A program made the position numbers and the translations under genes. A stretch of 64,000 nucleotides of DNA, taken from Vermamoeba vermiformis. Taxonomy: Eukaryota. Location: positions 310,001 through 374,000 of the forward strand of contig JBEWZL010000003.1 of the NCBI GenBank assembly GCA_045837725.1. The letters are read 5' to 3'. Shown piece after piece: positions 29,167 to 42,160 of this stretch. The notes under the pieces are model-generated. The model worked only from the letters and a program-made list of their open reading frames with translations, ran no database searches and was not told where the DNA came from. Position 1 is the first letter of the stretch, and each line of letters opens with the position of its first letter.

Positions 29167-31240
29167 ATGGATAAGATTCAGTTGACGGATGAAATCCAAG
29201 GAGATCCGAAGCTTTACAACCCGGGCATGCGACCACGCACCAAATGGATTATTGCCGGTACTGTTACTGGTGTCGTGTTGGTGGCCGTAGTATTAAGTAA
29301 GCAATATATAATACAAAATCTTCTTTTTGATCAATTACCGATCGTCAAAATTAATTTATTGACTTACTAATAATTTGCGGTTTAGTTGTTGTATTATATT
29401 TCACTATTATTGCTGGCAAGCCTCCATCTGATCCGAATGAAAGAGCAATTTGGTTGATGAAGAAAAATTTATTGATGGATGGTCACAACGATCTAGCTTA
29501 CGCTCTTCGGTAAGTCTTCAAAAATTCTAGAAAAATTAACTTATAATAAAGCATGCATCCTACTATTTATGGAACCTTAAAAGACTACCGATGGAATATT
29601 AATTTGTTTTTCAAATAGCAATCTCGTTCAAAGTAATTTGTCGATGATAAATCTCAACGAAAAGCAAGGTCAATTAAATACAGACTGGGTCAAGGCTCGA
29701 GAGGGATATTTATCTGGGCAATTCTGGTACGATCCATTGTTCGACTGTCCCATCCGTCTTTTGACACTTTTAATAATACTTTGACAGGTCTGTGTACGTG
29801 CCGTGCGGAGTTGACGCCGATAAAGTTGCAGTGCGAGACACGCTTGAACAAGTTGATCTCGTCAGACGATTGACTGAGACCTACCCTGATGTCCTGCAGG
29901 GTTGGTTCGAGCAGTCAGCTCAAGCCCGCATTTTCTCAGTACAAGATTGCTTCGTTCATGGGCATGGAGGGCGGTCACTCTATTGACAGCTCATTGGGCG
30001 CACTGAGAATGTTCTACGACCTCGGTGTCAGATACAGTAAGTGCTATTTGACACGTGAAAAAAGATCATTGTTAGACACGTACTTTTGGGCACTGTGTCT
30101 CGTAGCCTAATTATTCAAATGTCGCGGTATTAACAAGTCTTATTAACAGTGACACTCACTCACGTTTGCAACACTGCTTGGGCTGAATGCTGCTACAACA
30201 GCACTACCTTCCCTGACGTAAGAGGACTCACTTCATTCGGTGTGTCGGTCGTGAAAGAGATGAACAGGTAACACGAGCCATTCATACGCATTATACAATG
30301 ATACTAACAACGTGTAATCATCAGACTTGGCATGCTCGTTGATTTGAGTCACGTGGCAGTGAAGACAATGCACGACACTCTCGATGTAAGTGGTCAAAAG
30401 TTGTCACCAAGACGCGATTAGTACTTAACACAGTCGTTCAGGTTGTCACTGCCCCTGTCATCTTCTCCCACAGCAACGCTAAAGCAGTGAACGATCATCC
30501 TCGCAATGTTCCTGATGACGTTTTGACACGTCTCAAAGACAATGGTGCGTCATAGAACGATCTGCGCACGAGACAAAACTCACTAATGTAATGTTGTTAT
30601 TGTTAGGCGGCATTGTGATGGTGAACTTCTATCCGCCGTTCTTGTGCCCTGATGTTTACAAGAAACAAGTACGTGCTTATTAATAATCACGCCATTGTTA
30701 TGATTTTAATTAATGTTTTTGTACTTGCAGCAAGAGCTCGAAGCATTGAACATAACGACCTCGTCAGCCGAGTTGATTGCGTGGTACAACGCTAACCCTG
30801 ACTCGTGCACGATCGATCACGTGATTCAACACATTGAACACATCATGGACGTTGCTGGTCCTGATCACGTTGGTGTTGGCGCTGACTTTGATGGTACGTT
30901 GCAACTTGGTCAATGACACGTGTCATATTCGAGTCAGTGGTGGCACGTGTCAACTTGTCAAACCATTCTATAATTAACTGTTGCTGTGTGACAGGTGTTG
31001 GATTCTTAGTGAAAGGTCTCGAAGATGTCTCAATGTACCCGACTCTGATTACTGGTAAGTCTGTTAATGTCGTTCATGAAAATTTTGTGGATCGAGCTCT
31101 AACCTTTCGAATCAGAATTAATTAAGAAAGGCCATAACGACGTCGATATTACTAAATTTATGGGCCAAAATATTAAGCGAGTGCTTGACGCTGCTGAAGA
31201 AGAAGCTGAAAAGTTGCAAAAGGCTCCATCCGCCAACTAA
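29167..31240 (+). CDS. Type II membrane dipeptidase, family M19 (apparent 1-nt frameshift near 29900)
   Basis: N-terminal [38 protein letters not shown] and [10 protein letters not shown]. Confidence 0.9.
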
Positions 31241-31355
31241 GGCTCAGATGCGCTAAAATTAATTTTATTTTTGCTAACTCGTGCAATAAATGTTTAATAT
31301 AGTACTTATATCAAATAATTTAAACAATATTAAGCTAGCAAAAAAAAAAAAAGAA

Positions 31356-31446
31356 AGAGGTGATTGCGTACCGTGCCCCTGTGTTAGGGGACCGCAGATC
31401 CGCTCGCACTCGAGATGAATCAACGGCAATACACGAAGTATACTCT
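31356..31446 (-). ncRNA. Candidate small structured RNA ending in a T13 run
   Basis: GC-rich island forming a closing stem plus two hairpins, with G-U pairs consistent with the minus strand, followed by oligo-T. Confidence 0.3.
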
Positions 31447-32127
31447 ATTTACATGAAAGTATTTGTTAGAATCATTTGTAGTCTGCTACATGGACCTGAC
31501 ACGTACTTTATGATCATTGATCGATGGCTTCAAACGTCTCTCGTTTTAAAAGTCGATGAAGCACGATTACTTTAGCACCCAAATACGAGTTGATAATACA
31601 AAGGCTTAAATATCTAAACCACATTCTGAATCGGGTTAGTTTTGGGAATGAAATCGAAATTGAGCTGATGAAAAGTAATTGCCAATTCAATCTTGAAATC
31701 AAATCTGCGGGTAATTAATCAGTTGTTCATCTTCTATAATTATATCGCCTTACTACTGTGGGCTTAATTTTTATTGCGCAGCAGCGCTGTTTGTGTAAAG
31801 CACAGAGAGTCGAATGGAGTATTCCTTTGTTAGCGCTACTCGATTGGTATACTACTCTCTAGACTATATACCAAGCGGTTCAATTTGCGGTTAGGTCAAC
31901 GCCTTATAATGAGCTTACCAATGGCGCAATTCTTAATAATAGAAATATTAAAGCAGTGGCTAATCAAAAACGTTTATTCGGCGACTCTAAAAAAATAGTG
32001 TTCGAGGCTGTATCTCAGTTAATCTCCGTAAAAAAGACGTAATAAGGGCAACAATAGGCTAATTTGGATATGTACAAGTTCATTTTTTAATTTTACAACG
32101 AATTTTCTTTTTGAGATAACAGATCTG

Positions 32128-35100
32128 TTACACGTCTGTATTAACTACAGCAGGCTTTCCAAAATTCTTAAAAGCGAGCTCAGTGATCTTATTCATCCAA
32201 TCTTGCTTGTCTGCCTCGCTCGTCGCACTTACATTGACTTTGAATTTTTTGTCGTTACGCACCAAAGTGAATACATTCGTCGAGGATTTGTCGAATTTGC
32301 CGTCCTCAACATTCCAAACATATAGCGATTGATTAGGGATGACGTACTTGACGAGATTGTCGCCTTTACTCGCGACCACGAGGATCTCGTTGAATAAATA
32401 GAACATCACTTTGGTGACTTTAAGACTCTTCAGCGCCGTCATCTTAAGCATTTTAAGCTCGCCTAAATAAGGAAATTAGCGTTAATATCAATCGAAATTG
32501 AATTGATCTGAAGATCTCGTTCATGAAAAAACTTGATCCGCCTTTTTAAGGGATGTAATGCATGGTAATATATAATTTATAGCATACCTTCTTTAATAAA
32601 CTCTAAGCTATCCATTCGCGAGAATACATAGGGCTGTTCTTCTGTTTTCTAGAAAAAATTAAAGTCAGTACGCAGATCCGTTACAAAAATAAAATTGATA
32701 AAATAAAAGCTAAACAATTGATATTACGTACTAAATACTCTTCCCAATCGAGTTCATCGTCCAATTGCGATTTTTTGATCAAATTGTCGGTAATTCGTTT
32801 CAGTTCATTAGTCTTGGCCACAACTTTTTCAATGCCGCTCTTAGCGTTAATTACATTTGTTTTGTCCACGTGATTGACGGGCATTTCTTTCAGCAATTCA
32901 TTTAATAGCAACGGATATTTAGTAATCCTAAATTAACGAAAAAATATTAGTCCGGATCCAGATCTACTTTTCGCGATTGAAATGTACCTTTGCAACGGTT
33001 TGATTAAAAAGTCGTGAATATCGCGTCTATTAGTAATCATCTTGCTGTCTTCCAAGAATTTGTGGAATGTTTTGTTCTGTTTGATTTCTTGCGCCAACTT
33101 CTCATTCGATTCATTTTGATTTTGACAGTACAACGTGTACGGCGTGAATCTAGGCAACTATAGTCATAATAATATTAATAAAGGTCATATTGATATTATA
33201 ATAGTATACAATGTTACGTAGCAAAAGAAAAATTTGACCGAATAAAAAATTCTCCGAAGACTTACCACATCCAAAAAGATTTTTCCGACGCAAATAGATT
33301 CATGATGGTTCAAATTCAATGCGCTAAATGAGGACACAAGATCTTCGCTGATTGGAATCAGTTGTTCGATGTTGCCAAAAATAACTTTGCTCGCTTCAGG
33401 CGTTAAAACATTTAATAAGGCTGATGGCTTAATATACGTCTATAATAAATAAAAATAATTAATATACGATCAAATAATGAGGTTTAAACGCGAAATTTTG
33501 CCTAATTAGGAAATTTTGAAAAAAGTTTGACTGGAGAGTACTTACATCCACGATTAATTTCAAATCGTTCAAGTAATCTTGTTCCGTGTTAATAATCTCG
33601 CGCACGACATATGCAAACAACTTATCAGCCTCATTCATCACTGGTGCGCCGTTACCGCCGTTGTTCGCAGCATTTTGTTGCGCTTGATTTTTGGCCAGTT
33701 CTCTCGGCGACAAATGCTTTTGTGCTGTTTTGCGCGACAATTTCAAGCTGTAATAGGTTGGCACACGATTAGTCATGCGGCCAGTGGGTGACACGACTGG
33801 TTCGGGCTGTGTTTGTGCCGAGGGAGTAGGCAATGTGCGCGCTGGTATGGCGGGTCTTGGGCCGGAGACTGAAGCAGAGGCCTGACGTCCAGGCGGATGT
33901 GAGGCACCTAGGGTCGTCGGCTTGGACTGTTCTATGGCCGCGTAGGGCTCGGGAGGGTTGTAGTCGAGGACTTCTTGGGACTGCAACACGTGTACTTAGT
34001 ACAACTCCTTTTTGTCGCAGGAGGGAATTACAACGTAATTATTTCATTATATATTCATAACATAGAGTATATTGATATATATAGAGGTCGTATATAATAA
34101 TAAAACATATGGGGATACATACACCAAAACTTACGGACAATGCGGTCGAAGCAGTGCGACGACTCAACGCACGAGCCACTAATGGATGCAATTAAATACA
34201 ATGAATATAAAACAATAAATATCATTCGAGGGGACGTACCTCCTGTTTCAGAGGGTTGTTCGGGGGCAGGAATGGATGACATTGTTTTAGGCAAAGGTGG
34301 TGACAAGCCACTCGAGACAGAATTGCGTGGTGGTGGCACCGGTACTTTGACACCGTTTGAAGGCAAGGCCACGTGACTGTTCATGGGTGAGTGACTGGGA
34401 CTGGGCGTGACAGCATCGGACATTAGTGTGCTTTTTGGACGGGGTCGCGGGGGTGCTTTTGTCAACGAAGGTGAGGGAGGACGTGCTGGCAATGGTCTCT
34501 ATATTCATAATTATAGTAGTATTAGGCATCTATAGTACGAAGAATTGTGTTCGAGTGCTAAGGTATTGTTGTCGATAGTACTGGATTTCCTTAAAAGGCA
34601 AGTGACCAAAGATATTTTTTTTTTGTTCGATATTAATTAAAAATTACCTTCGCTGCAGCAAATGCCTATAATAATATCAAATATTAATACGGAGCAAATA
34701 TAATAAAAGAGATTAAACGACAATATTTTATATTGCAACAATTAAAATTAAAAATTACGGTGGTGTATATTTAATTGAATTGTATATCAATGGTATTATA
34801 TTCAATTTATCATATAATTAATTACTTACTTCGGTTTCAGGCTTATCGTAGCCCATGTAAGTTGAGATCAGCGAGTTGATTTTTATGGTCGTATTATTGG
34901 GCAAGGCAGAGCCGAGTTCTTTCTTAATATTTTCAATGCACTCTGTTAATATAGTAATTTGCTTATTTTTGCGCGTGATCTGTTTTGTAGCCCACGAGTT
35001 TTCTGACGCGGATCTGGCACTTTGTTTGCCTTTTGGAATATCTTCATCTGAATCTTCGTCGTTGTCTTCTTGACACGCATCGTTCAATAAATATTGTTTG

Positions 35101-35474
35101 CATTTAAAGTGCGATTTGATACCACAGCCTAAAAGTAGATTCAACGAAAGGGTTAAAAGAAAATTCAGTTGTTCATTAATTATTCGTATTGACGTACCTG
35201 TGCATGTAAAGCATGATTTGCTTTCTCCCCAAATTATCTAAATTAATCAGAATTAAATTGAATTTTATTTTGCCGTTGCAGATCGAACACAAAATCTTCA
35301 AAAAATTAAAAAATTCTAGCGATTAATTTAATATTATTTGCACCATACCTTTTGACAGTGGTCGCATAATTCGGCTTCTTTTAGTTGTGTAATCACGAAA
35401 ACATGTTCTTTTTGGGCGCCATCTTGCGAGATGTTCAAACTGGGTATTGGGCCGTTTATTAATGGTCTCGCCAT
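32128..35474 (-). CDS. RhoGEF: C1 domain + proline-rich region + DH-PH
   Basis: C1 HVFV..CDHCQK..CTGCGIKSHFKC; DH VVREIINTEQDYLNDL, IFGNIEQL and FLIKPLQRITKYPLLL; PH MFYLFNEILVVA...DKQDWMNKI. Start uncertain. Confidence 0.88.
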
Positions 35475-36019
35475 GGTACTAATGCTCTTAATATTAGTGA
35501 GCTGCACGAGGCCACCTCTGGTGCTCTGTACAAAAGTTGTTGAAATCTTCCGTTTTAAATTTCCGCGTTTTGGGGCCGGAGATCCAAACAACCCAAAAAT
35601 AGCATTCAATTCAAGGAATACGCATTAAATAAATTAATTCCTACCACGAACAATAGCATTACACTCTATTGAAAATAGTAGCTCTTCCAGCCACTCTCGA
35701 AGTAGATTCGTGCTTCAATAGGTATTGTACCTTGAATGATGATGATGCGATCGTCGCGCATGTAAGATCTCAGCACATAATACAGCGACTTTGTCTATTC
35801 AAAAACCAATTTGTTTACCCAAAGTGAATAAGCGCTGATCTAGATCTTTCGATGACATGGGACGATACTACGGGACGGTCGCTTAAGTTATAAATAATAT
35901 TACCTAATATTCATTATTGCATGTTAATGCGGTCCAGAGCGGCATTAAGTTGGTCTTTCTGTGCCGCCAATTCGTATTTTTATTTATTTTCTTTTTGTGA
36001 CAACCACACGGCTCGATTA

Positions 36020-39000
36020 ATGGCTCAAAATATTAACATCGAAAATATTGAGCAGTTTACGCAATGCTTACTGGACTTGCAAAGTCCTGCGGTACGTTAT
36101 TCATGTTTAATTAATTATGATATTATTTTCGAATAAAATTGAGGCTTATTAATTTCGATTAAACAATGGCTTTCTTGTAAACTATGAAATGCGCTGTAAT
36201 ATTAATTATTATATATTTTTTTATAGAATCAGCAACGGATGGATGCGGAACAAGCAATTCGCGCTTTGGAAGCAAACAATGTATGCGCATTATTTCGTGT
36301 TAAATATATTAATATAGTATTATATAGCCCGATCCATACGTTGCATACCTATTAGGGACTCTTGCAGCCCAGGAAGGGACGGTAATGGCGATGGCTGGCA
36401 TTTTATTAAAAAATCTTCTTAAGGTACGCAGACTGTCTCTTATATGGCTATAGTATAACGCTATTTATTTTAGAAAGATGCGGTGAATCACTCGCTGTAT
36501 GATTCGATCTTTGAAACACTCTTTGTAAGATCCAGATCCAAAGATCATTTTAATTTTGCTTTTTTTTGAACTGTTAATTAGAATGTGAGCGGTAAATGGC
36601 GCGGTTGGACAATGGATCGGCGTTTCTTTCATCCGGTACGCTCGTTATTATATATAATATATAATAATAATTAAATTTTTGTAACGGACTTTTGTGTCTT
36701 CAGCTGCTGTGCTATGCCGTGAAGAATCAATTGACGCGAAACAACGAGACATTATTCAACAAATATATTGCACTATTTGATAGTGACAATCCAAACCACG
36801 TTAATTACGCATTATCAGCGAGTGCACTTTTGTTAGAGGTAAAAATTTTTTTATTTTATTTTGTTGTTGCGAGAGACCGATCGAGCCGCTACTAATAATG
36901 GAAATTTCCTTTTTAGGAACGTGGTGATTTGTTGGAAGCATTTCATAACGAAAATTCAGCTCGATTACATCTTGTGCTTGACAAGCTGATCCTGCTGTTA
37001 AAGTTGGACAGATCCGAGTACGCCCGAGAATTATTCCACACATTGAACGTGGCTGTACAGGAAGAGACGGGATATTTCATGAACGAGCCAGTGCGGACAT
37101 TAGTGCTGCAAAAAGTGCTCGAATTGATTGACAAGGGCGTGTCATTTGGCTATACGATATTAGGGTCGGGGTTGGGCTTGTACGAGCATTTCGAGCCTTA
37201 TATGGAAAGAATAATTAACGGCATGAGCAAGGTTGACACCTCGCCGAGTTTGGTCGCTGGTCTGAATGACAATACCTCTGAGGGCCATTTAGAGATTATA
37301 GTTAACTTTTGGATGGATTTTTGCGATGCCGAAAAGAATAGACAAGCGGCGCACGAAGAATTCTCAAAATATGAAATTTCAGCGCCGGAGAATATTTACC
37401 TGGGACTACTGCAAAGATACGGAGATAAAGTCCTGAACGAGTTGATTTTGTTGCCCAAGCGTCTGGTATTTGACACGTGTCAAAGTGTCAAAGTGTCATC
37501 ATCGCTGATTTTCTTTCCTTTTTAGGAAATTACGGTGGAATTCGAAGACCACTATTGGTATGGTCCGTACTTGCAGTGCATCGCAGATATCGCAAATGCG
37601 GTCAATATCAGCATTTCGCCTTACGCGGACAAAATCGACGTGAGCCGGGCAACGCTACTTTTGGACGCCAGAACTCATTGGACAGAAACACTTGCAAAGA
37701 TTACACCTGATTCATATAACAGTGGTGCCGATCGTACGTCATTTTAAACTTTGAATTTTTGCAATTTAAATTAATTTGCTGATCGCAGGATATTACATTC
37801 AACTTCGCCTTTCCCCGTCATTTTTGGTCGATGCTTTGGACTCTGACTGGGACGGCCTCGAGTATCCAACAACTCTAGGGGAAATCAAGGCCAATGTAAG
37901 TGTAGAGACACTATAGTCTAGTCAATAGGACTATATATAGTAGTGTTTGTGATGCGAAAAACATCAGATCATGCAACAACCGAAATTTTTTTCATTTTTT
38001 TTTCGCTGCGACTAAAAAATTGTTTTTCTTAATGACGACATTATTATTTAATTATATTATTGTATTTTGTTGCATATTATTAATAACGCTATTTTTGTAG
38101 TTCGTGTCCAGTGCCGCCGAGTACCTTCCAATGTACGACAAATCGGTCCAAAAAAAGTGCATCAAATTTGCATGCGAGCGTGTCAATGCCGCAGAAAACA
38201 ATCCTTTAGACTCATTTGCAGAAATGTTACGGCTCCCATTGGTCAAAAAAGAATACTCCGATTTTGTCATTAAAAATTTGCAACAACAACCGATGGGCTT
38301 CGAAGAACAGCGCGAACAGGAGTTTAAATGTTACAACTATTTGGCGCAACTTTACAACGTGCCTGAAGAAGCTTTGCAATTATTTATCAACAACGTCACT
38401 GGCTTTGACAGCCGGGATCCAATGACACTTTATCACTTGATCAAACGTACGTATCATATATATATATATCTTTATTACAATAATAGCCAAGTGCGATTAT
38501 TATTTATTTGTCTATTTGATCAAGCAGATCCACTAACAATTTTTACAGCCGTGCAAGATCTAAAACAGGTCGAGGAGATATTCGAGAATCCAATTAATAT
38601 AGAGCTTGAAAATAAGAAGGAGACAAGTACGATGAAACTCTATTATTGCTGGGCTTAGTCTGTCAAAAAATCGGGTCCAAGATCTCATCGGGGATGTACT
38701 CCGAGATATTGCGGAGATTGCGCGCACTGTCGTACAAATCTTATCACATATTCGACACTATGGCGAGCATTGTGCCGCCTGCAGGAGTGTCGTATTTGAG
38801 TCACTTAGAATCGATGATCGATTTGTTTGAAAAGGTACGTATGACTAAATATAGTAATTACCAAATATGGTAATATCCCAGTAACGACAAATTGTTATGA
38901 ACGCAATGACTAATTACTGCAAATTTCTACAAATTGATTTTTATTCGTAGACGTACGATTAACTGCAATTTCCTTATATAGAAAGTCCAATCCCACGTGT

Positions 39001-39464
39001 CAGACGACGTGTTCGTTGAATATGCCATTCGCGGACTGACAGCGTTATTGCAGTCGTTCAAAAAATCCTCGAACGAGTTCTTGTTCATCGGTCAAATCAA
39101 ACGCATTGTCAGCGCACTTCAACCGGCATTAGAACCGGACCGCGAGCCTTCAGAGGAGACTTTAAGGGCTTATTTGACCTTCATCAGGTACGTATGCAGT
39201 CACATCCCTCATTTGAGATTGACCTTCCGATGACACTTTGACACTTAGATCTGAGTGCTTCAATTCATTTTCTGAAGCTGATTAAATCAAATGCTAGTCG
39301 TTAACATCGTTAATTTTGCTAGGGAGTTGTATGCACTAGAGCAAGGATCAATCACTTTGCGCTCATTGCCCGTGCAATCAGTGCTGCAGCGTGCGAGCGA
39401 ATCACGTGACAGACACACGAAACACTTGGCACTGTCAGTTGTCAAGCTGTTCGCGGACAAATAA
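36020..39464 (+). CDS. Divergent importin-beta-like HEAT-repeat protein
   Basis: N-terminus FTQCLLDLQSPA..RMDAEQAI..MAGILLKNLL resembles the importin-beta N-terminal domain; helical throughout (FWMDFCDAEK). Confidence 0.6.
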
Positions 39465-39743
39465 AGCTGCATATCAATTGCAAGAAAGATGTGTTGTGCT
39501 GGACAATAAGTGATTAGTCTTAAGGAATGACACGTCAAAATGAGCTAAGAACTTGCACGTGACACGTGTCAAAGTGTCAAAATGCCATAAGTCAGGTGCT
39601 AGCAAGGTAAATGTCATGTAATTTAGTCGTAAATGTACGGCTGGATCTGCGATCAAGGTATCATGACTTAATATTTTAAGCGCGTGCTTTGCTCGCAATT
39701 TACGTTTACTACTAAGTACAAGGTCCTATATGATATAATACAC

Positions 39744-40990
39744 TTAAATATAATTATTGGCGATCAAATACGTGCCAATTAACGTGGCAATTGATCCGAC
39801 ATTAAAATTGAGCTGGATCGCAAAGTCTTTGGGAAGGAGATACGCGCTAGCAAAGTAATAGATAGCATATGGCACTAGCACTATAGTCGAGGGGAATAAT
39901 ATGATCGTTCCTATTATGCTAAAAAAGCAGGTGAACCAAACCACCTCGCGGGAGACGAAATCTTTTTTGAGCTGAGAACCAATCAGTACTATCGCTAGTA
40001 TCAAAGTCGGCCATATTATTGATGCACCGCCGTATTGTAGAGCCGATAATACCAAATAAATTGCAGTGCGGATCCACAATCCATTAAACTCGTTGAAATT
40101 GAGTTCTAATGCTTGATTAGCCATGAGCATAATGACTATCGGCAATAAATTGAATGGAGATCGCCAATAGAGTATATTAAAGTTCCATATATTCGTCCAA
40201 GCGTATTCTCCTCTTTGAAATTTCTTCAAGATCAAATCCAAAACTGGCGTTAACGACAAAAACTGCTCAAAAAGTCAGTATTATGTAATTAAGGCGATAT
40301 ATATCGACTGACTTACTCTAAGTACCGAGACTAACGGTTTTAATCGCTTAAAGTGGTGTCTAACGTTGATAAAAATGTTAGATCCGGTTGGATTTGCCAC
40401 TGGCACTTCAGCTTCATAAAGTCTAAGCCACATAGGCTTAGTCGGTAATAATACTAAGAATTTCCAAAAAGTTTCAGGCGATCGAATCACGTTGTTGTCC
40501 ATCCAAGGTCCGTAGAGCGGATTTGCCTTGCCATTAAAGACCTTATTAGAAGCCTCGCGATTTCTTCTGCGAATAAAATGACACAATTTAGGCGTCGCTG
40601 TATATGGAGAGTTCCATCGCACAGATGAATTACGGCGCGAGTACATGTCGAGAATGAAATCGTGAGTAGATTTGTTGACGAGTGATAAATTGAGAAGGTC
40701 TCGATCGCTCGGATAATCGATGACGAATTCTGATAGTATTTGGGACCATAATTCTTTGGGTAACGTCGGCGCATCTCTGCAGAAAAAATGAAAAAATTAA
40801 ATTTATTTGAAACAAACCTCTAAATATACTTTAAAATATTTTGCACGCATTAATATGCTACTTACACATTAGTCTTATTAGGACGTCTTAAATTGCGGCT
40901 AAGAGCTCGTTTCAACCGTTTGTACAAAAAAGCTACTGCGCTGTACGCAGCAAATCCGCCTACTACTGCGGTTGTAACGGGAATATTCAT
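39744..40990 (-). CDS. Membrane protein with N-terminal TM, F-box-like motif and multi-TM C-terminus
   Basis: TM VVGGFAAYSAVAFLY; LPKELWSQILSEF...DLLNLSLVNK; hydrophobic last exon. Confidence 0.6.
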
Positions 40991-41114
40991 TTGTAAAATA
41001 ACAATATATTGTCTGGTAATAAGCGCTGTGGTTTGTGATTGAGTTTGCAAATGATTTAAAGACAAAAAAATCTGGTTTTAGTTTATTCCGATCGGACGAG
41101 AGGAAGAGCAGAGA

Positions 41115-41975
41115 ATGGACCTAGAAGCTATTATATCGAAGTTTAGCAAGCTTACTGAAGAAAAAGAACATAGTGCCTATATTAAAGGAGACACTAGAAC
41201 CATCAACGCACAGCATGTGGTGAATGCGATCAACAAAAAAGAGCCAAATTTAACCAAAGATATTATTGGATGCTACAAATTGAAGAGAAAATTTAGGCTT
41301 GTCGCCACGAACAAAGAAACAATCGATAAATTACTGGAAATTGGAAAAATTAATGTGAAAAATATTGATCTGAAGATTGAAGCGCCGATTCCTGAAGGCG
41401 AACGCTATCGTTTTTGTAATATACCTCCTAGTTGGTCAGACTCTGTGCTGGGGGAGTTTTTGAACAGCTTTGGAAGCGTGATCTACATTGACCGCGAGCG
41501 CATTCAAGATCATATTTCAACTGGCAAGGTTTTTGTTGTTTTTTCCGCTGTTAAGGCAGACCTTGAAAGCATCAATAAGCTTACCATTGGAAAATACACC
41601 ATTTCAATTGTTAAGATCAACAAAAATTCAAAAAAAACCGCGCCAGATTCGGATGCGCAAGAATCAGACGAAGAAAACAACGAGAAGCAAGAGGATATCA
41701 ACGAGATTAGGTTCAATTCGTTCGACAAATCATACGAAGCCAAGTTTCGCTGCTGGTTATCGAAGGGAGGGGACAGCACTAGCGAGAAGATTTGGCTGAA
41801 GGTGGATGTCGATCAGAGTTGGTCTGATCACGATTTGAATATGATTCAGAAGCTATTAAATGCATCGACATGGAAGAGGAATAATGACGTCACTTATTTC
41901 AAGTTGCAAGGCGATCCAATTATTTGGAGGTACCACAAGGAACTTGTATTTTATTATACACTCGCCTCGTCATAA
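41115..41975 (+). CDS. Intronless protein resembling the non-LTR retrotransposon ORF1 RRM region (L1/Tx1-like); no ORF2 nearby
   Basis: 286-aa intact ORF; RYRFCNIPPSWSDSVLGEFLNSFGSVIYIDRE...STGKVFVVF pattern; no introns in an intron-rich genome. Confidence 0.55.
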   Translation: MDLEAIISKFSKLTEEKEHSAYIKGDTRTINAQHVVNAINKKEPNLTKDIIGCYKLKRKFRLVATNKETIDKLLEIGKINVKNIDLKIEAPIPEGERYRFCNIPPSWSDSVLGEFLNSFGSVIYIDRERIQDHISTGKVFVVFSAVKADLESINKLTIGKYTISIVKINKNSKKTAPDSDAQESDEENNEKQEDINEIRFNSFDKSYEAKFRCWLSKGGDSTSEKIWLKVDVDQSWSDHDLNMIQKLLNASTWKRNNDVTYFKLQGDPIIWRYHKELVFYYTLASS

Positions 41976-42160
41976 ACTGAAGCTTATCTCGACATATAAT
42001 ATCCTATTGTGGCAATATTATTCACATAATCCCTATCAAACTGGCCTAGAGGTCGTTACAAAACGGATCTTGCTTTTATTAACGTTCTTTCTTCATATAT
42101 TTTCTAGGAATGATTTATTGGTTAAAAATACATTATTTCTTCGCTAAGAAGAAGATTGGA

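Noticed and set aside
31383-31390. Telomerase template-like CCCCTAAC
   Set aside because: Not a proper 1.5-repeat template and sequestered in a stem.
31481-31500. SRP helix 8-like GTCAGGTCC..AGCAGAC on the minus strand
   Set aside because: Spacing is too short, there is no GNRA loop and no surrounding SRP structure.
35735-35840. Possible C/D box snoRNA (ATGATGA ... CTGA)
   Set aside because: Negligible terminal stem and no recognisable rRNA guide; lies in a promoter region.
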